This document shows, in pieces, positions 1 to 10,214 of a DNA stretch of 64,000 nucleotides. Numbering within the stretch: the stretch's first letter is position 1; every line of letters begins with the position of its first letter. This DNA comes from an uncultured Clostridia bacterium (GTDB lineage Bacteria > Acidobacteriota > Blastocatellia > UBA7656 > JADIYM01). The translations under genes and the position numbers were made by a program. The notes under the pieces are model-generated. The model did no database searches, was not told the DNA's origin, and worked only from the letters and a program-made list of their open reading frames with translations. The stretch is from contig CAZXLQ010000001.1 of the NCBI GenBank assembly GCA_964641945.1, positions 13,725-77,724 on the forward strand, read 5' to 3'.

Positions 1-115
1 CAGAGGAATCGAGGTCGACGATCCACTCGCCTACCCGCATATCAAGATGCGGCATCCGAACCTCGCGAAGTAACGCCTACCGTCGCTTCGATGGCTGCGG
101 TAGGATTTCACTTCC

Positions 116-1780
116 GTGTCTGCCATGATCCCGAACAGCCCGGTCGGCCGCTTCGAGCACGTCATCAAGACGTACTGGGGCAAGTCCTACAAGGGCGAGT
201 CCCTCAATGCAGCCGTGCTGGACACGCTCTACGTGACCGTATCCCTAGTGGGAGCCCACGATGCAGTGGGCCACAGGCCAAGCAACATCATCGCGCATGA
301 GCCGGGGTCCCTCACGGTGCTTTGTCGGGCAGAGGAGATGATGGTCGAGCGAACGCAGAAGCTGTTGGATCTGCCGCCTGGCCGCGTCTCGAATGAGCCC
401 GGAGCAATCGGCGAATACAGAACCAACATGCAGAAGTGGGCGGCGGCAGCTCGGGCGATGCTTGCTCGTCTTGGACAGCCCTACGAGTACGATGCCCAGG
501 GATTCATCGATTGGGATGGGGAGCAGTGGGGGTTGGCAGATCTGACTCTGGCGGCGGTCCGCCTGCCCGAGCACAACCGCTACGACTTCCTCATTCCGTG
601 GATCGGCCGTGAGCTGGTCAAGCTGTTGAAAGCTGTCATCGACTTGGCCATGGTCGAGTTTTCGGAGACTGCTTTGCGGGCTCGCAAGGACTACCGTGAC
701 GCGGTTCATCTGCTGCATGACAAGGCGCCGGCCATCGCGCAGTGGGCGAAGGAGACGCGAACCGACATCGGCAAGGTGGATCTTGCGACGGCGCTTGAAG
801 CGGTCTCCATCTACCAGTTCAAGACGAGCCTCGTCGAGCAGGGCGACATCGTCTACACGTTCAAGGACGGCTGGACTGTCCAGGAGCTGCGAACCGAGTC
901 AGCGCTCACGGCCGAGGGCAACAACATGCAGAACTGCATCGCTGGATACCACGATGCCGTAGAAGAGGGAGGCACGCGCATCTACTCGATCCGCGACAAA
1001 GCCGGGAACCCGCACGTATCGATGGAACTGCGTGGAGTTGCGCCGGTGAAGGGTGCGAGGATTCGCGGCACCCCTATGAGCCTGATCATCGGTCCGCCAG
1101 GAGCCGATTTGGGACCGGACGAGTTCATCCGCTCGCCATTGAGGATGGGCTGGTACTTTGCGCAGATCTTGGGCAAGCAGAACGACCGTCCCATCGACGC
1201 GTACCGCGAGCGCGCTCGCGAGTTCATCGACAAGATCTTCGACAAGGAGGGCTTCGGCTGGTGCATCGTTGGCGGCACGGCGAAGTGGGCACGGTTCTCA
1301 GGCCGGCAGCTTAGCAACCTAGATGTGCCGGCGATCCTGGGCCCGAACCACGTCCAAAACGATGTTCTTGCTGGAGCCGACTTCGCAGAATCGCGTCTTG
1401 AATGGACGAACCTGTCTCATCTCGATCTGACAGGATGTGTGTTCGACCGAGCAAACACGACTCGCGCTTCATTTCGCGGGGCGAGCCTTGAAGGCGCGAA
1501 GTTTGAGGGGGCCACCTGCGACCACACGGACTTTGCTGGGGCTAGGCTGGTTGGAACGTCGTTCGATTCGGCCGACTGCACCGGCTCGGATTTCCAAAAA
1601 GCACAGCTAGCGGAAGCATTGTTTCGTGACGCCCGCGTCGACGGCGCAGACTTTCATCTCGCATCTGGAGGACAACGGGCGGTCTGGGAAGGTGCCAATC
1701 TAACCATAGCTCAGACACGTCAGCTCGAAGAACTGGGCCATGTTACGCACGAGTTTCTCGTGATGAGACGTGGCGAATGA
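116..1780 (+). CDS. PcfJ-like domain protein with C-terminal pentapeptide repeats
   Basis: 554-aa ORF, GTG start; core motif WTVQELRTE..NMQNCIAGYHDAV..RIYSIRD..P.VSMEL shared with ORFs 3232-4602 and 58952-60346; C-terminal tandem A(D/N)LxxA/GxxF pentapeptide repeats. Confidence 0.6.
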   Translation: MSAMIPNSPVGRFEHVIKTYWGKSYKGESLNAAVLDTLYVTVSLVGAHDAVGHRPSNIIAHEPGSLTVLCRAEEMMVERTQKLLDLPPGRVSNEPGAIGEYRTNMQKWAAAARAMLARLGQPYEYDAQGFIDWDGEQWGLADLTLAAVRLPEHNRYDFLIPWIGRELVKLLKAVIDLAMVEFSETALRARKDYRDAVHLLHDKAPAIAQWAKETRTDIGKVDLATALEAVSIYQFKTSLVEQGDIVYTFKDGWTVQELRTESALTAEGNNMQNCIAGYHDAVEEGGTRIYSIRDKAGNPHVSMELRGVAPVKGARIRGTPMSLIIGPPGADLGPDEFIRSPLRMGWYFAQILGKQNDRPIDAYRERAREFIDKIFDKEGFGWCIVGGTAKWARFSGRQLSNLDVPAILGPNHVQNDVLAGADFAESRLEWTNLSHLDLTGCVFDRANTTRASFRGASLEGAKFEGATCDHTDFAGARLVGTSFDSADCTGSDFQKAQLAEALFRDARVDGADFHLASGGQRAVWEGANLTIAQTRQLEELGHVTHEFLVMRRGE

Positions 1781-3228
1781 ACTGGTCACCAGAACAGACC
1801 GCTTTCGTCCGCATGTGGTCCGCGGTTCTGCTTGCGTTCGGCAAAGCCGCGTTCGTTCGGGGAACCATCTCCGACGTCGTCGCTTGGTCGGAAGAGGGCG
1901 GCCCGAGAGACTACAGCATGCTCCGGGTGGCCTTTGTCGGCGATGGCATGAAGGTGGCCCGTGAGTTTGGCTACCTGAGCGCGGAGGAGGGCGAGAACCT
2001 GAATCTCGGAGCGACGGGGCCGATCTCCTACGTGGCAGCAAGACTCCTCGGGGCCAAGGACATGGCGAGGGATCTGGGGCGAGACCGCATTGCCCTGGCA
2101 GACTTGCTCGACCGACTGTCTGGGCAGGCCGTCTACGAGTTTTGTGATGCCCACGGCATCGAGATGCCGTTCACTGAAACCTCGATGAGGCTGATCGTCG
2201 AACCGGGCTACCCGTGGCCTGAAAATGACCGACCCGGGCTCGTCTACTGGTCGGCAAAGAAGCAGAAGCTGATCAAACCAGAGCGTCCGGCCTGGCTCAT
2301 CCCGGTCGAGGATCGAGACGCTCCAGGCAAGACCAAACTCGGCGTGAACCCCTGCTTGGTGTTTCCTCCAGAGAAGCGAGATCGCACGTGGCCGCTCTGG
2401 GGCCGCTCGGGGAAGCAAGACCTGATCGTCGCCCATTCGATGACGCTACTCGCAACACCTGATGCACCGTCCTTCCCGTTCTTGGGGCAGAAGTCGTACA
2501 AGCAGATCGACACGGCGATCGAGAACATCCGATCCTGCGGCGGCTTGCTCTTTCCATCGTTGTCGGTTGGAGAGATTCCAGCCTCCAACTTCGGTCCCAT
2601 CACGCTCGTCGGGCACCTCGGGCTCGTCTTGGACGGCCTGAAGCCGTTCAAGGAACGCAGGACAGACATTACCTCCTGGGTCTACGAGCATGATGCCTGG
2701 ACGGTTAGCACGGGCGAACTGATGCGCGACGTTGCGGTGCGCCTCTTCGATGAGCTGCATGGGCATGAGGACTACGTGTATGGGCACAATATCTGGGCCA
2801 TCGGTCCCCCATCTGAATGGTTCGGCGGTCCGACGCAGGGGAGCACGCCGCTGAGGACCGTCAGCGAGCTGGTGAGGGCGGCCAAGCGGCGGGGTTCGAC
2901 GTTCAAGCGTGGCATGAGTCGCGAGGCGTTCATCGCAGCCAACGAGGCCGTCGCTGGAACGGCCGACAAGTACGCGTACTGCGAGTCCAAGGGGCGGCGG
3001 GTGATCTCCCTCGACGAGTTCCCGGTCTTGGTGGCTCCGAATACGCTCGCAGATCAAGTCAGAACCTTCACACGAGGCGTCGGATACTCCGGCGAGGTGG
3101 TTTTGCTGTCCGACGAGTTCGAGGTCGTGTCGAACGACATGTCGGACGATCGCGACTACCGTCTCTTCCAGTGGTCGTGGCTCGTGGCGGACGCGGTGAA
3201 GCGGCTCGCGAAGCCGATGGAGATCTGA
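1777..3228 (+). CDS. hypothetical protein (483 aa)
   Basis: long ORF, ATGA overlap with upstream stop; no recognisable motif. Confidence 0.6.
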   Translation: MNWSPEQTAFVRMWSAVLLAFGKAAFVRGTISDVVAWSEEGGPRDYSMLRVAFVGDGMKVAREFGYLSAEEGENLNLGATGPISYVAARLLGAKDMARDLGRDRIALADLLDRLSGQAVYEFCDAHGIEMPFTETSMRLIVEPGYPWPENDRPGLVYWSAKKQKLIKPERPAWLIPVEDRDAPGKTKLGVNPCLVFPPEKRDRTWPLWGRSGKQDLIVAHSMTLLATPDAPSFPFLGQKSYKQIDTAIENIRSCGGLLFPSLSVGEIPASNFGPITLVGHLGLVLDGLKPFKERRTDITSWVYEHDAWTVSTGELMRDVAVRLFDELHGHEDYVYGHNIWAIGPPSEWFGGPTQGSTPLRTVSELVRAAKRRGSTFKRGMSREAFIAANEAVAGTADKYAYCESKGRRVISLDEFPVLVAPNTLADQVRTFTRGVGYSGEVVLLSDEFEVVSNDMSDDRDYRLFQWSWLVADAVKRLAKPMEI

Positions 3229-3231
3229 CCC

Positions 3232-4602
3232 ATGCTACTCGAAGACGCGACATCGAAGGAACAGGTAGAGGCGGCACTCGCGGCCGGAGATGAGGAGCTA
3301 CGCGAAGACATCAACGAGCAGTTGTCGGTCGCCAAGAGGCGATGGGAGCAAGACGGCTACGCTTGCGAGACAGAGGAATGGAGCTTCTCCGAGTGGGGGA
3401 CCGACAACGAAGTGTTTGCAGAGGAGATCGTCAAGCAGAGCCCGCAGCGATTCGACCTCTCTGAGGTGCCTATCAAGTCCGTCCTGGACGCCGTCAACTA
3501 CCAGATCGGCCGCGTTCGCTCAGGGATCTTTCACCTCTACGATCGGCCTCGCTACTCATCTGTTGGGTTTCACTACTCAGTCGAACTCGAAATGTATTGC
3601 CGCTTTGACTCGTCAGACGCTCCGAAGGGTGCGGAGTACATTCCGGAAGACATCGCGAAAGAGTTCTGGGAAGATCTTGGATACGGCGTCGAGTGGGAGA
3701 GAACGGACCGCATTGGTGAGAACTTCGGCTACCGACGAGACTCTGGTGAGTCGGTGGACATCTACATTACGGAGGAGGACTTCGACGAGTTCTGCCGTGA
3801 CATCCGAAGCGAGTACATTCGCTCAGTCCGAAAGGAAAAGCCGAAGGACGTCGTCCCACTGTTTCTCAGCTCGCTGAAGGGCTATTCGAGCGACTTGTAC
3901 AACAAGCTGGTGGCCAAGAAGTTCTCCAAGGACGTTCTTCTGAAGCTCGCCGACTGGTGGTACGAAACAGAAGAGAACGGCGAGGACCCGTCTGAGATGC
4001 TCAAGAGCTGCATCGACGATCCACACGAAGGCGAAGAGCGTGAGGTGGTGGCGACCTTCTCGAAGGAGGAGATTCGCTCCATGGGCATCACCAGCGGCCC
4101 GCTGCTCGAAGAGGCTCCGTGGACGCTCGTGAAGCTGCTTCCTCCTTCGGACACGTGCATGGAAAGCGTCTTTCTCGGCCACTGCGTTGGCGAACCGGAT
4201 CGAGGCTACAATGACGCGATCGAGCGCGGAGAGATTGAGATCTGGTCACTCCGCTCTCGCTTCGGAAAGCCGCGCTTCACGCTGGAGGTGGACACCGACT
4301 TCTACAATGAGTCGGTTCCAATCGTTGACGGAAGGCCGATGACCGATGGAGATCGGGCCAACACCATCAAGCAGATCAAGGGCAAAGGCAACCGCACGCC
4401 TGGCTACGAACGAGCGAACCTACGAGGACCCGAAGTTCGGTTCCCAGATGAGGTCATCTTCTGGAGGCAAGTCTTCAAAGACATCGGCGTCGATCCGGAA
4501 GGGGTCGATGACTTCGACGCCGCGCGAGACGTGCCAGCGCTCGAAAGGAATGTGAGCCGCAACGCAACGAGGAGCTTCGACGAACCGTACGAGCCGATGT
4601 GA
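3232..4602 (+). CDS. PcfJ-like domain protein (paralog, no pentapeptide tail)
   Basis: motif WTLVKLL..SVFLGHCVGEPDRGYNDAI..IEIWSLRSRFGKPRFTLEVD parallels ORF 116-1780 core. Confidence 0.55.
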   Translation: MLLEDATSKEQVEAALAAGDEELREDINEQLSVAKRRWEQDGYACETEEWSFSEWGTDNEVFAEEIVKQSPQRFDLSEVPIKSVLDAVNYQIGRVRSGIFHLYDRPRYSSVGFHYSVELEMYCRFDSSDAPKGAEYIPEDIAKEFWEDLGYGVEWERTDRIGENFGYRRDSGESVDIYITEEDFDEFCRDIRSEYIRSVRKEKPKDVVPLFLSSLKGYSSDLYNKLVAKKFSKDVLLKLADWWYETEENGEDPSEMLKSCIDDPHEGEEREVVATFSKEEIRSMGITSGPLLEEAPWTLVKLLPPSDTCMESVFLGHCVGEPDRGYNDAIERGEIEIWSLRSRFGKPRFTLEVDTDFYNESVPIVDGRPMTDGDRANTIKQIKGKGNRTPGYERANLRGPEVRFPDEVIFWRQVFKDIGVDPEGVDDFDAARDVPALERNVSRNATRSFDEPYEPM

Positions 4603-4611
4603 GGTGGAACA

Positions 4612-4962
4612 GTGCGGGTGCCTTCACCAGAGAGAAGCGTCGTCCTGGAGCTGTACCGGCCGTCGTTGGTCACCAGAGAGTTCGAGCTTGCTGCGTCTGC
4701 TCAGTGCTTTTCTGTAGCCGAGGCTCATCGAGTCATCCGAGCCAACCGAGGGGCAGACCTAGCGATCGTGACGTGGCGCGAGAAGCGCTGGTCCTGGCTT
4801 CGCGTTGGAAACGATTGGCGACGCATCCCGCTCTGGTCCGTGCAGGACGTGCCCTATACGACGCAGGTGCGGGTCACCGTGACGCGGCGGCCAGAATCCG
4901 AGCACCTGAGCTACGGTGACCTGGACGCGTATGTGCTCGCCAAGTTCAAGCGAAGGCGGTAG
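4612..4962 (+). CDS. hypothetical protein
   Basis: GTG start preceded by GAGGTGG; 116 aa. Confidence 0.5.
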   Translation: MRVPSPERSVVLELYRPSLVTREFELAASAQCFSVAEAHRVIRANRGADLAIVTWREKRWSWLRVGNDWRRIPLWSVQDVPYTTQVRVTVTRRPESEHLSYGDLDAYVLAKFKRRR

Positions 4963-4979
4963 GTGCGTTCGATGAGCTG

Positions 4980-7832
4980 ATGTGCGAGGATCTGACCCAC
5001 ATGTCGGGCTACGACTCCGCCATCGAAGTCGGGAAACCACCCCTCACCTGTCCGCTTACGGGTGAACCACTGCATACCCGGACCGAGGTCGAGAGGGGTA
5101 TCAGCGACGAGGCTTGGGCCAAGCAGTTCGAGAACCCGAAGGTGCGACTCGGACCCGTCAGCCGAGAGAAGATGGAGGAGGCCATCGCGCTGGCTCCAGA
5201 ACCGCTCAAGAAGGCCTGGGAGCCTTTGCTGGGCCGCCAACACGGGCTCGACAGCGACGACACCAGGGCCGCCATGGTGGTCACTGGCCTGCGGGTCGCC
5301 TCGATGGCCATTTCGTACGGTTCCGATGCCAACAGAACGACGGTTTTGCGGGTGGATTCGGCGATGTTGGCGGTCGTCGTGGTTCAGAACTTCGCGAAAG
5401 CGGCTGGCTGGACCAATGTCGCGCAGGGACTGAACAACCGGTTCCACCGAGAGCTGCGGAGCGGGATCTTGCGCATGAAGGAACGCGCCGGGCGTCCTGG
5501 AACGCTCGGGATCCACGCTCCTTTCGATCAGCAGTGGAACGATCTCTGCCGAGCCAACCGCAACCTCTTCTTCGACCAGGAGAAGGAGGGGTCGCTTTTC
5601 TGGAGGTACTTCCACGAGAGCGATCTTCGCTACGTTGTGAATCTGCTTCAGTCCGCGTTTGGCGACGCTCTCATCGAAACCCAGGAGGGCAAGCTCCTAC
5701 TGCTTCCCTCAATGCCGCTACCAGCGCTGCCCAAGGCCGCGGAACGTCACGTCCCCAAGGGACCGAGGGCGACGAACGAGATCCACAAGATCGACCCAGC
5801 CATTGACGCCCTCCGTGTCGGCGACAAGGTCGTACTGCCGGATGGGACCGAGTCGATCATCCAGTTCATCGACGGACGAAAGTCGAAAATCGGCGTCGCT
5901 GACAAGCGCGGTCCACGGAACAGTTACACCTGGTTCGGCTTCGTCGAGATCGAAACCGTGAACGGGAAGAAGGTCGCCGAAGAGCTGTACCGGCAACGCG
6001 TGCAGCAAGCGACCAGGGACGGCTACCCGGAAAGCGTGGTCGCCCCGACGAAGATGCCGCCGAAGATCCCTGCTGGTGCTCAACTCAAGTCGAACCAGCT
6101 CGCCAATCTGGACTTCATCGAAACGCGTCGTCGGGTCATCGTGGCCGATGAGCCGGGACTCGGGAAGACGATCAGCGCTCTACTCGCCATCGAGACGCCG
6201 GCCATCATCGTGTGTCCGGCCCACCTCAAAGCCAACTGGGTGAGCGAAACGACCAAGTGGCGACCAGATCTCAACCTTCTTGCCGTCTCAGGCGGCAAAA
6301 CGCCAGAGCTGAAGGCGATCCGCAACGCCGACACGATCCTCATCAACTACGAAATCGTCGAGCCGCACCTGGAGTGGCTCATGCAGTTTCGTCCGAAAAC
6401 GATCGTCGCCGACGAAGCCCACTACCTGAAGACGCTGACAGTCGAGCGTGACAAGGAAGGCTTCTTCAAGCCGGCCGACGACAGCAGCATCCGCGCGTCG
6501 GCGTTCTACCGGCTGCACTTCGCCGCACCCAAGCTCGTCCTGCTTACGGGCACCCCATTGCTGAACCGCGTCAAGGAACTGTTCCCGCTGCTCCACATGG
6601 TCGACAGCCGAGAATGGAGCAACCAGAAGGAATTCCAGAAGAAATACTGTGCCGCCGGCTATTCGGTGAAAGGCGGCAGGCAGATTTGGGACGCCAACGG
6701 CCGGTCCAACACCCAAGAGCTGCACGAGAAGATCAAAGGCAAGTACATGATCCGCCACACCAAGGCGGACATCCTGACCGAGCTGCCTCCCAAGACCCGT
6801 CGAACCGTGGAGCTGCCCCTCGACCCGGTCACCGCCAAGGTCTACCAGGAGATGCAGGAAGACTTCATTGCGTGGCTGGAACGCCAAGAGGGCGGTCGAA
6901 AGCGTGTCGAGCGAGCTATGCGAGCCGAGGTTCTCGTGCGGCTCACGGCTTTGAGACGAACCTCAGCTTTCGGGAAAGCTCCCGCTCTCGCACTCGTCAT
7001 CCGCGACTTCTTCGCTTCGACAGCCGGCACCCGCCCTCTCGTCGTGATGGGAGTTTTCAAGGAGCCGCTTCTTCGCCTGGCCCGCTTCATCGAGAAGTTC
7101 AACCAGGAGTTCGAGCAGGCGAACGCGACGCCTGGTGCCGACACAGACATCCCGAGGCAGATCCGCTACGCGATGTACACCGGCGCCGAGACGCCGAAAC
7201 AACGCGCAAAGACGGTCGAGGAGTTCCAGTCGGGAAACATCGACGTGGTCTTCTATTCGATCCCGCTTGGCACCGGCACCACTCTGACCGCATCCAGCGA
7301 CGTGTTCTTCATCGAGCGCCTCTGGCGACCATCCGACCAAGTCCAAGCCGAGGACCGTGTGCATCGCATCGGGCAGAGCAAAGGCGTCATGATCACCTAC
7401 TACGACGCCACCGGCACTGTCGACACGAAGATGGGGATGCTCCTGCTCGACAAGACCGACGCAGCGGCCGAGGTCATCGACGGGCTTCAGCTCTCGCGCA
7501 ACGAGTCGCTTGCGCTCGTCTACGGAGAGATGACGGCAGGGCTTCGGAAGGGGTTTGCCGGTTCTTCGTTCGAGGAGATGACGGCAAGCGACATCCTGGA
7601 CGAGGCGTATGCTGCGTCGATCGACCTCGACAGGCAGATCATGAACGCCGACGGCGCTCAAGAAGTGGACGAAGACCAGGTTCTAGCCGACGTGCGCCGC
7701 CAGTTGAAGGAGATCGAAGCCCGTGAGAAGGCTCGGGCGGTCAAGAAGAACCGCCACGCGACCGACCGTGACGAAATGATCGTCATGAACGGATGGGACG
7801 AGCCCATCTACTTGCTGCACGACGAAGACTGA
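4980..7832 (+). CDS. SNF2-family DNA-dependent ATPase/helicase with ~340-aa N-terminal extension
   Basis: motifs DEPGLGKT (Walker A), DEAHYLK (DEAH box), LLTGTPLLN, helicase-C QAEDRVHRIGQ. Confidence 0.85.
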   Translation: MCEDLTHMSGYDSAIEVGKPPLTCPLTGEPLHTRTEVERGISDEAWAKQFENPKVRLGPVSREKMEEAIALAPEPLKKAWEPLLGRQHGLDSDDTRAAMVVTGLRVASMAISYGSDANRTTVLRVDSAMLAVVVVQNFAKAAGWTNVAQGLNNRFHRELRSGILRMKERAGRPGTLGIHAPFDQQWNDLCRANRNLFFDQEKEGSLFWRYFHESDLRYVVNLLQSAFGDALIETQEGKLLLLPSMPLPALPKAAERHVPKGPRATNEIHKIDPAIDALRVGDKVVLPDGTESIIQFIDGRKSKIGVADKRGPRNSYTWFGFVEIETVNGKKVAEELYRQRVQQATRDGYPESVVAPTKMPPKIPAGAQLKSNQLANLDFIETRRRVIVADEPGLGKTISALLAIETPAIIVCPAHLKANWVSETTKWRPDLNLLAVSGGKTPELKAIRNADTILINYEIVEPHLEWLMQFRPKTIVADEAHYLKTLTVERDKEGFFKPADDSSIRASAFYRLHFAAPKLVLLTGTPLLNRVKELFPLLHMVDSREWSNQKEFQKKYCAAGYSVKGGRQIWDANGRSNTQELHEKIKGKYMIRHTKADILTELPPKTRRTVELPLDPVTAKVYQEMQEDFIAWLERQEGGRKRVERAMRAEVLVRLTALRRTSAFGKAPALALVIRDFFASTAGTRPLVVMGVFKEPLLRLARFIEKFNQEFEQANATPGADTDIPRQIRYAMYTGAETPKQRAKTVEEFQSGNIDVVFYSIPLGTGTTLTASSDVFFIERLWRPSDQVQAEDRVHRIGQSKGVMITYYDATGTVDTKMGMLLLDKTDAAAEVIDGLQLSRNESLALVYGEMTAGLRKGFAGSSFEEMTASDILDEAYAASIDLDRQIMNADGAQEVDEDQVLADVRRQLKEIEAREKARAVKKNRHATDRDEMIVMNGWDEPIYLLHDED

Positions 7833-7839
7833 AAAAGGT

Positions 7840-7880
7840 GACGGGCTCGACGCCGGGGGGGAGATGCAGTCGAGCCCGTC
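7840..7880. terminator. 12-bp perfect inverted repeat hairpin between convergent genes
   Basis: GACGGGCTCGAC ..17 nt.. GTCGAGCCCGTC immediately after SNF2 stop; no clear U-tract. Confidence 0.35.
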
Positions 7881-7961
7881 TGGCAAGCGCCCGTGCGCCT
7901 TTCAGCACGCCGCCGGCCGTGAGGTGGAACCATAGACGCACTGCCGCCGGATGTCCAGCGA

Positions 7962-8285
7962 CTACGTCGTCTTGCGGGCGATCCGAAGCAAGATCAGGTA
8001 CCCGAGCAAGTCCTGCACGACGTCCTCTCCAGCAGCTTGTCCGCGAGAAAGTCGCGAGAGCTTGTCGTCGATGCGGACGAGAATCTGTTCCTCGATCGAC
8101 GCCTTCGAGAATACGCGAACCGGTTGAAGCGCGCTGTTGCCGTAGGCCGCGTTCTTTTCCATCAGCATCGAGGCGAGGCGGAGGCATTCCATGACGATGT
8201 CGAATCCCATCGGAGACGTGCTGAGCTTCGGCAACACCTCCTTTTGAAACTTGGCTTCCAGTTCCAGCTTTCGTCCTTCGGTCAT
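7962..8285 (-). CDS. hypothetical protein
   Basis: 107-aa ORF. Confidence 0.5.
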   Translation of the reverse strand: MTEGRKLELEAKFQKEVLPKLSTSPMGFDIVMECLRLASMLMEKNAAYGNSALQPVRVFSKASIEEQILVRIDDKLSRLSRGQAAGEDVVQDLLGYLILLRIARKTT

Positions 8286-8659
8286 GGCGCTTCTCCGAGT
8301 GCGAACGTCTCACCAGCTTGTGTGAGACGGTAGCCGTAGAACGCTGGTTCGACCAGACCATCTCGTTCCGCCAAACGCAACATCGCGGCTGCACTGGCAC
8401 GCAGCGCGTTGCGACGCTGTGGCGTTGCATTCTTCCACGTAGTCCAAAATCGCTCGGCGAGCACCTCTGGTGTGGCTCCCAATCCGGCTGGGCCAGCGCC
8501 GCTGTTCAAGAGGATGATCACCACCTTCAGGAACACCTGCGTCATCCTCGACGGTTTCTTTCCATCTGCTTCCATCGGTTCTTCTTGTCCTCTTTCCGCT
8601 GCTTCTTGTTCTTTTCGCTCTCGATGATTCGGTTGGGATCGTGCTCTGCACAGTACCAC
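8282..8659 (-). CDS. hypothetical protein (start uncertain)
   Basis: 125-aa ORF, TGA/start overlap with downstream gene. Confidence 0.45.
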   Translation of the reverse strand: MVLCRARSQPNHRERKEQEAAERGQEEPMEADGKKPSRMTQVFLKVVIILLNSGAGPAGLGATPEVLAERFWTTWKNATPQRRNALRASAAAMLRLAERDGLVEPAFYGYRLTQAGETFALGEAP

Positions 8660-8831
8660 CTAGTAACACCCTGGTGATCAACCCGTTCTCGATGCCCTGG
8701 TCGACCACAGGTCTCCCACAGCCAACGGAACGGGTGCCCAGCGCAACGAGGCTGCTCGGGTGGCGACGGATCCGGATGGCCAAGCCGTCGAAGCGTCTCG
8801 CGACATCGCTTGTCCGTCTTCTTGTCTGCAA

Positions 8832-9245
8832 TCACGACTCCAACTCCCTCAGAGCCTCCACAAGACCATCTTCGGCCAGCGAAGCGCGATGGCAACGATC
8901 GCAGAAGCCCATGCGTCTGTAATGGTTCGGGCAGTCCTCGGTGTCACGCCAGAACGCCGCCGCTTCTGCGACCGCCTCCAGCGCTGCAACCCGCTCGGCG
9001 CTCGGCGGTAGCCTAGCTGAACCACGAACCTGCGCTCGGTAGCACGGACGACAGCGTTTCGACCCGGGATCGACCAAGCGCTTGCCGCACTCACGACAGT
9101 CGCTCACGGGATCGGGTCCTTGGGCTTCGGTTCGCGCTTCCACAGGCGCACCCATCGCTCGACGACAGCGTCTACCTTTGCTGTTGCCCACTCGTTTACC
9201 GCGTTGTGACGAGACGTTCCGTCTAGACGACGCTGCGCTTCCCAA
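8832..9245 (-). CDS. zinc-ribbon protein (hypothetical)
   Basis: CRECGKR..CRPC and CPNH..CDRC cysteine pairs; TTG start, true start may be internal Met. Confidence 0.45.
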   Translation of the reverse strand: MGSAASSRRNVSSQRGKRVGNSKGRRCRRAMGAPVEARTEAQGPDPVSDCRECGKRLVDPGSKRCRPCYRAQVRGSARLPPSAERVAALEAVAEAAAFWRDTEDCPNHYRRMGFCDRCHRASLAEDGLVEALRELES

Positions 9246-9721
9246 CGAGCCACATCATGATGTGCATAGGTCTCGTATAGAACCCGCCCGAGGAGTCGCG
9301 TCATGGCACTGACAGCCCGATCGACCTGGTGCTCTGCCGCAACCTTCATCGCGAGTCCTACGGTCAGTTTCTCTGGAGCGTCTCCGACATCGGTCGACGC
9401 GGCGTTGGAGGCGAATGGCATGTAGATCCCACTGCCGTTGTCCAGATCTGACACACCAAGCCGCTGGATAATAGCCCTACGCACCTCTGCCTTCGCCCAC
9501 ATGACAGTGTCAGGCCATTCGTCGACCAATCGCTCGACTAGAAGCATCTTCGCCCGTCGCTGCGCCTTCGATCTGCGCCCGAGGAGATCCGACACTTCGT
9601 TCTGGCTCACCGTGTTGTCGTCCACCAGAGCGTCCAGCATCTCGCTGTCTGCCGCCTGTGGCCCGAAAATACCGCCCGAAGTGAAGAGGCCTCCGGTAAT
9701 ACCGCTGTCGTCGTCGCTCAT
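9104..9721 (-). CDS. hypothetical protein
   Basis: 205-aa ORF. Confidence 0.55.
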   Translation of the reverse strand: MSDDDSGITGGLFTSGGIFGPQAADSEMLDALVDDNTVSQNEVSDLLGRRSKAQRRAKMLLVERLVDEWPDTVMWAKAEVRRAIIQRLGVSDLDNGSGIYMPFASNAASTDVGDAPEKLTVGLAMKVAAEHQVDRAVSAMTRLLGRVLYETYAHHDVARWEAQRRLDGTSRHNAVNEWATAKVDAVVERWVRLWKREPKPKDPIP

Positions 9722-10203
9722 GCGTCGAGCCCTCGAAGCTTGGTGTACTGCGACTTGAGTTCCTCGTGCTGCCGAACCGCGTCATCGTACGCGTCCCGAG
9801 CCGCGAGCAGGTCGTAGACCAGCGGCTCGACCACGCGCGGAGGAGGCGGCACTCGAAGTCGGCCGGCCGGCGTCTCCTGGAACATCGGTTTCGTCCTGTC
9901 GTAGAAAACCTTCTCCGCTTCAGCCCACTTCAACTTGGTCGCCCGAACGTCTTGCTGGGCCAGCTCAACCTGGTCGTAGAGCGCCTGCTCCTCCGACGTT
10001 CTCTTCCTCTTCGGGTTCACCGTTTCCTCCTCTCGAACGCCTCGACGTGCCTGAGGCACTCGGGACAGGTTGGTCTTCTGCGGTCGTAGCCGCGATTGAA
10101 CTCGGCCCAGATCCCACACGAAGTGTACGCTCCGCCTCGGTGGATCTGCGGGGGCGATGCCTGTTCCTGGGTCAAGTGCCAAACGTCGCTCACGAGAACG
10201 CAC
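9718..10203 (-). CDS. hypothetical protein
   Basis: 161-aa ORF, ATGA overlap. Confidence 0.55.
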   Translation of the reverse strand: MRSRERRLALDPGTGIAPADPPRRSVHFVWDLGRVQSRLRPQKTNLSRVPQARRGVREEETVNPKRKRTSEEQALYDQVELAQQDVRATKLKWAEAEKVFYDRTKPMFQETPAGRLRVPPPPRVVEPLVYDLLAARDAYDDAVRQHEELKSQYTKLRGLDA

Positions 10204-10214
10204 TGGTACATCGA

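Noticed and set aside
245-7726. Numerous Arg/Pro-rich ORFs antisense or out of frame within the large plus-strand genes (for example 245-718, 696-962, 5114-5806, 6288-6887, 6614-7726, 6963-7661)
   Set aside because: Typical high-GC frame artefacts: low-complexity Arg/Pro/Ser composition, fully nested in better-supported genes with recognisable motifs.
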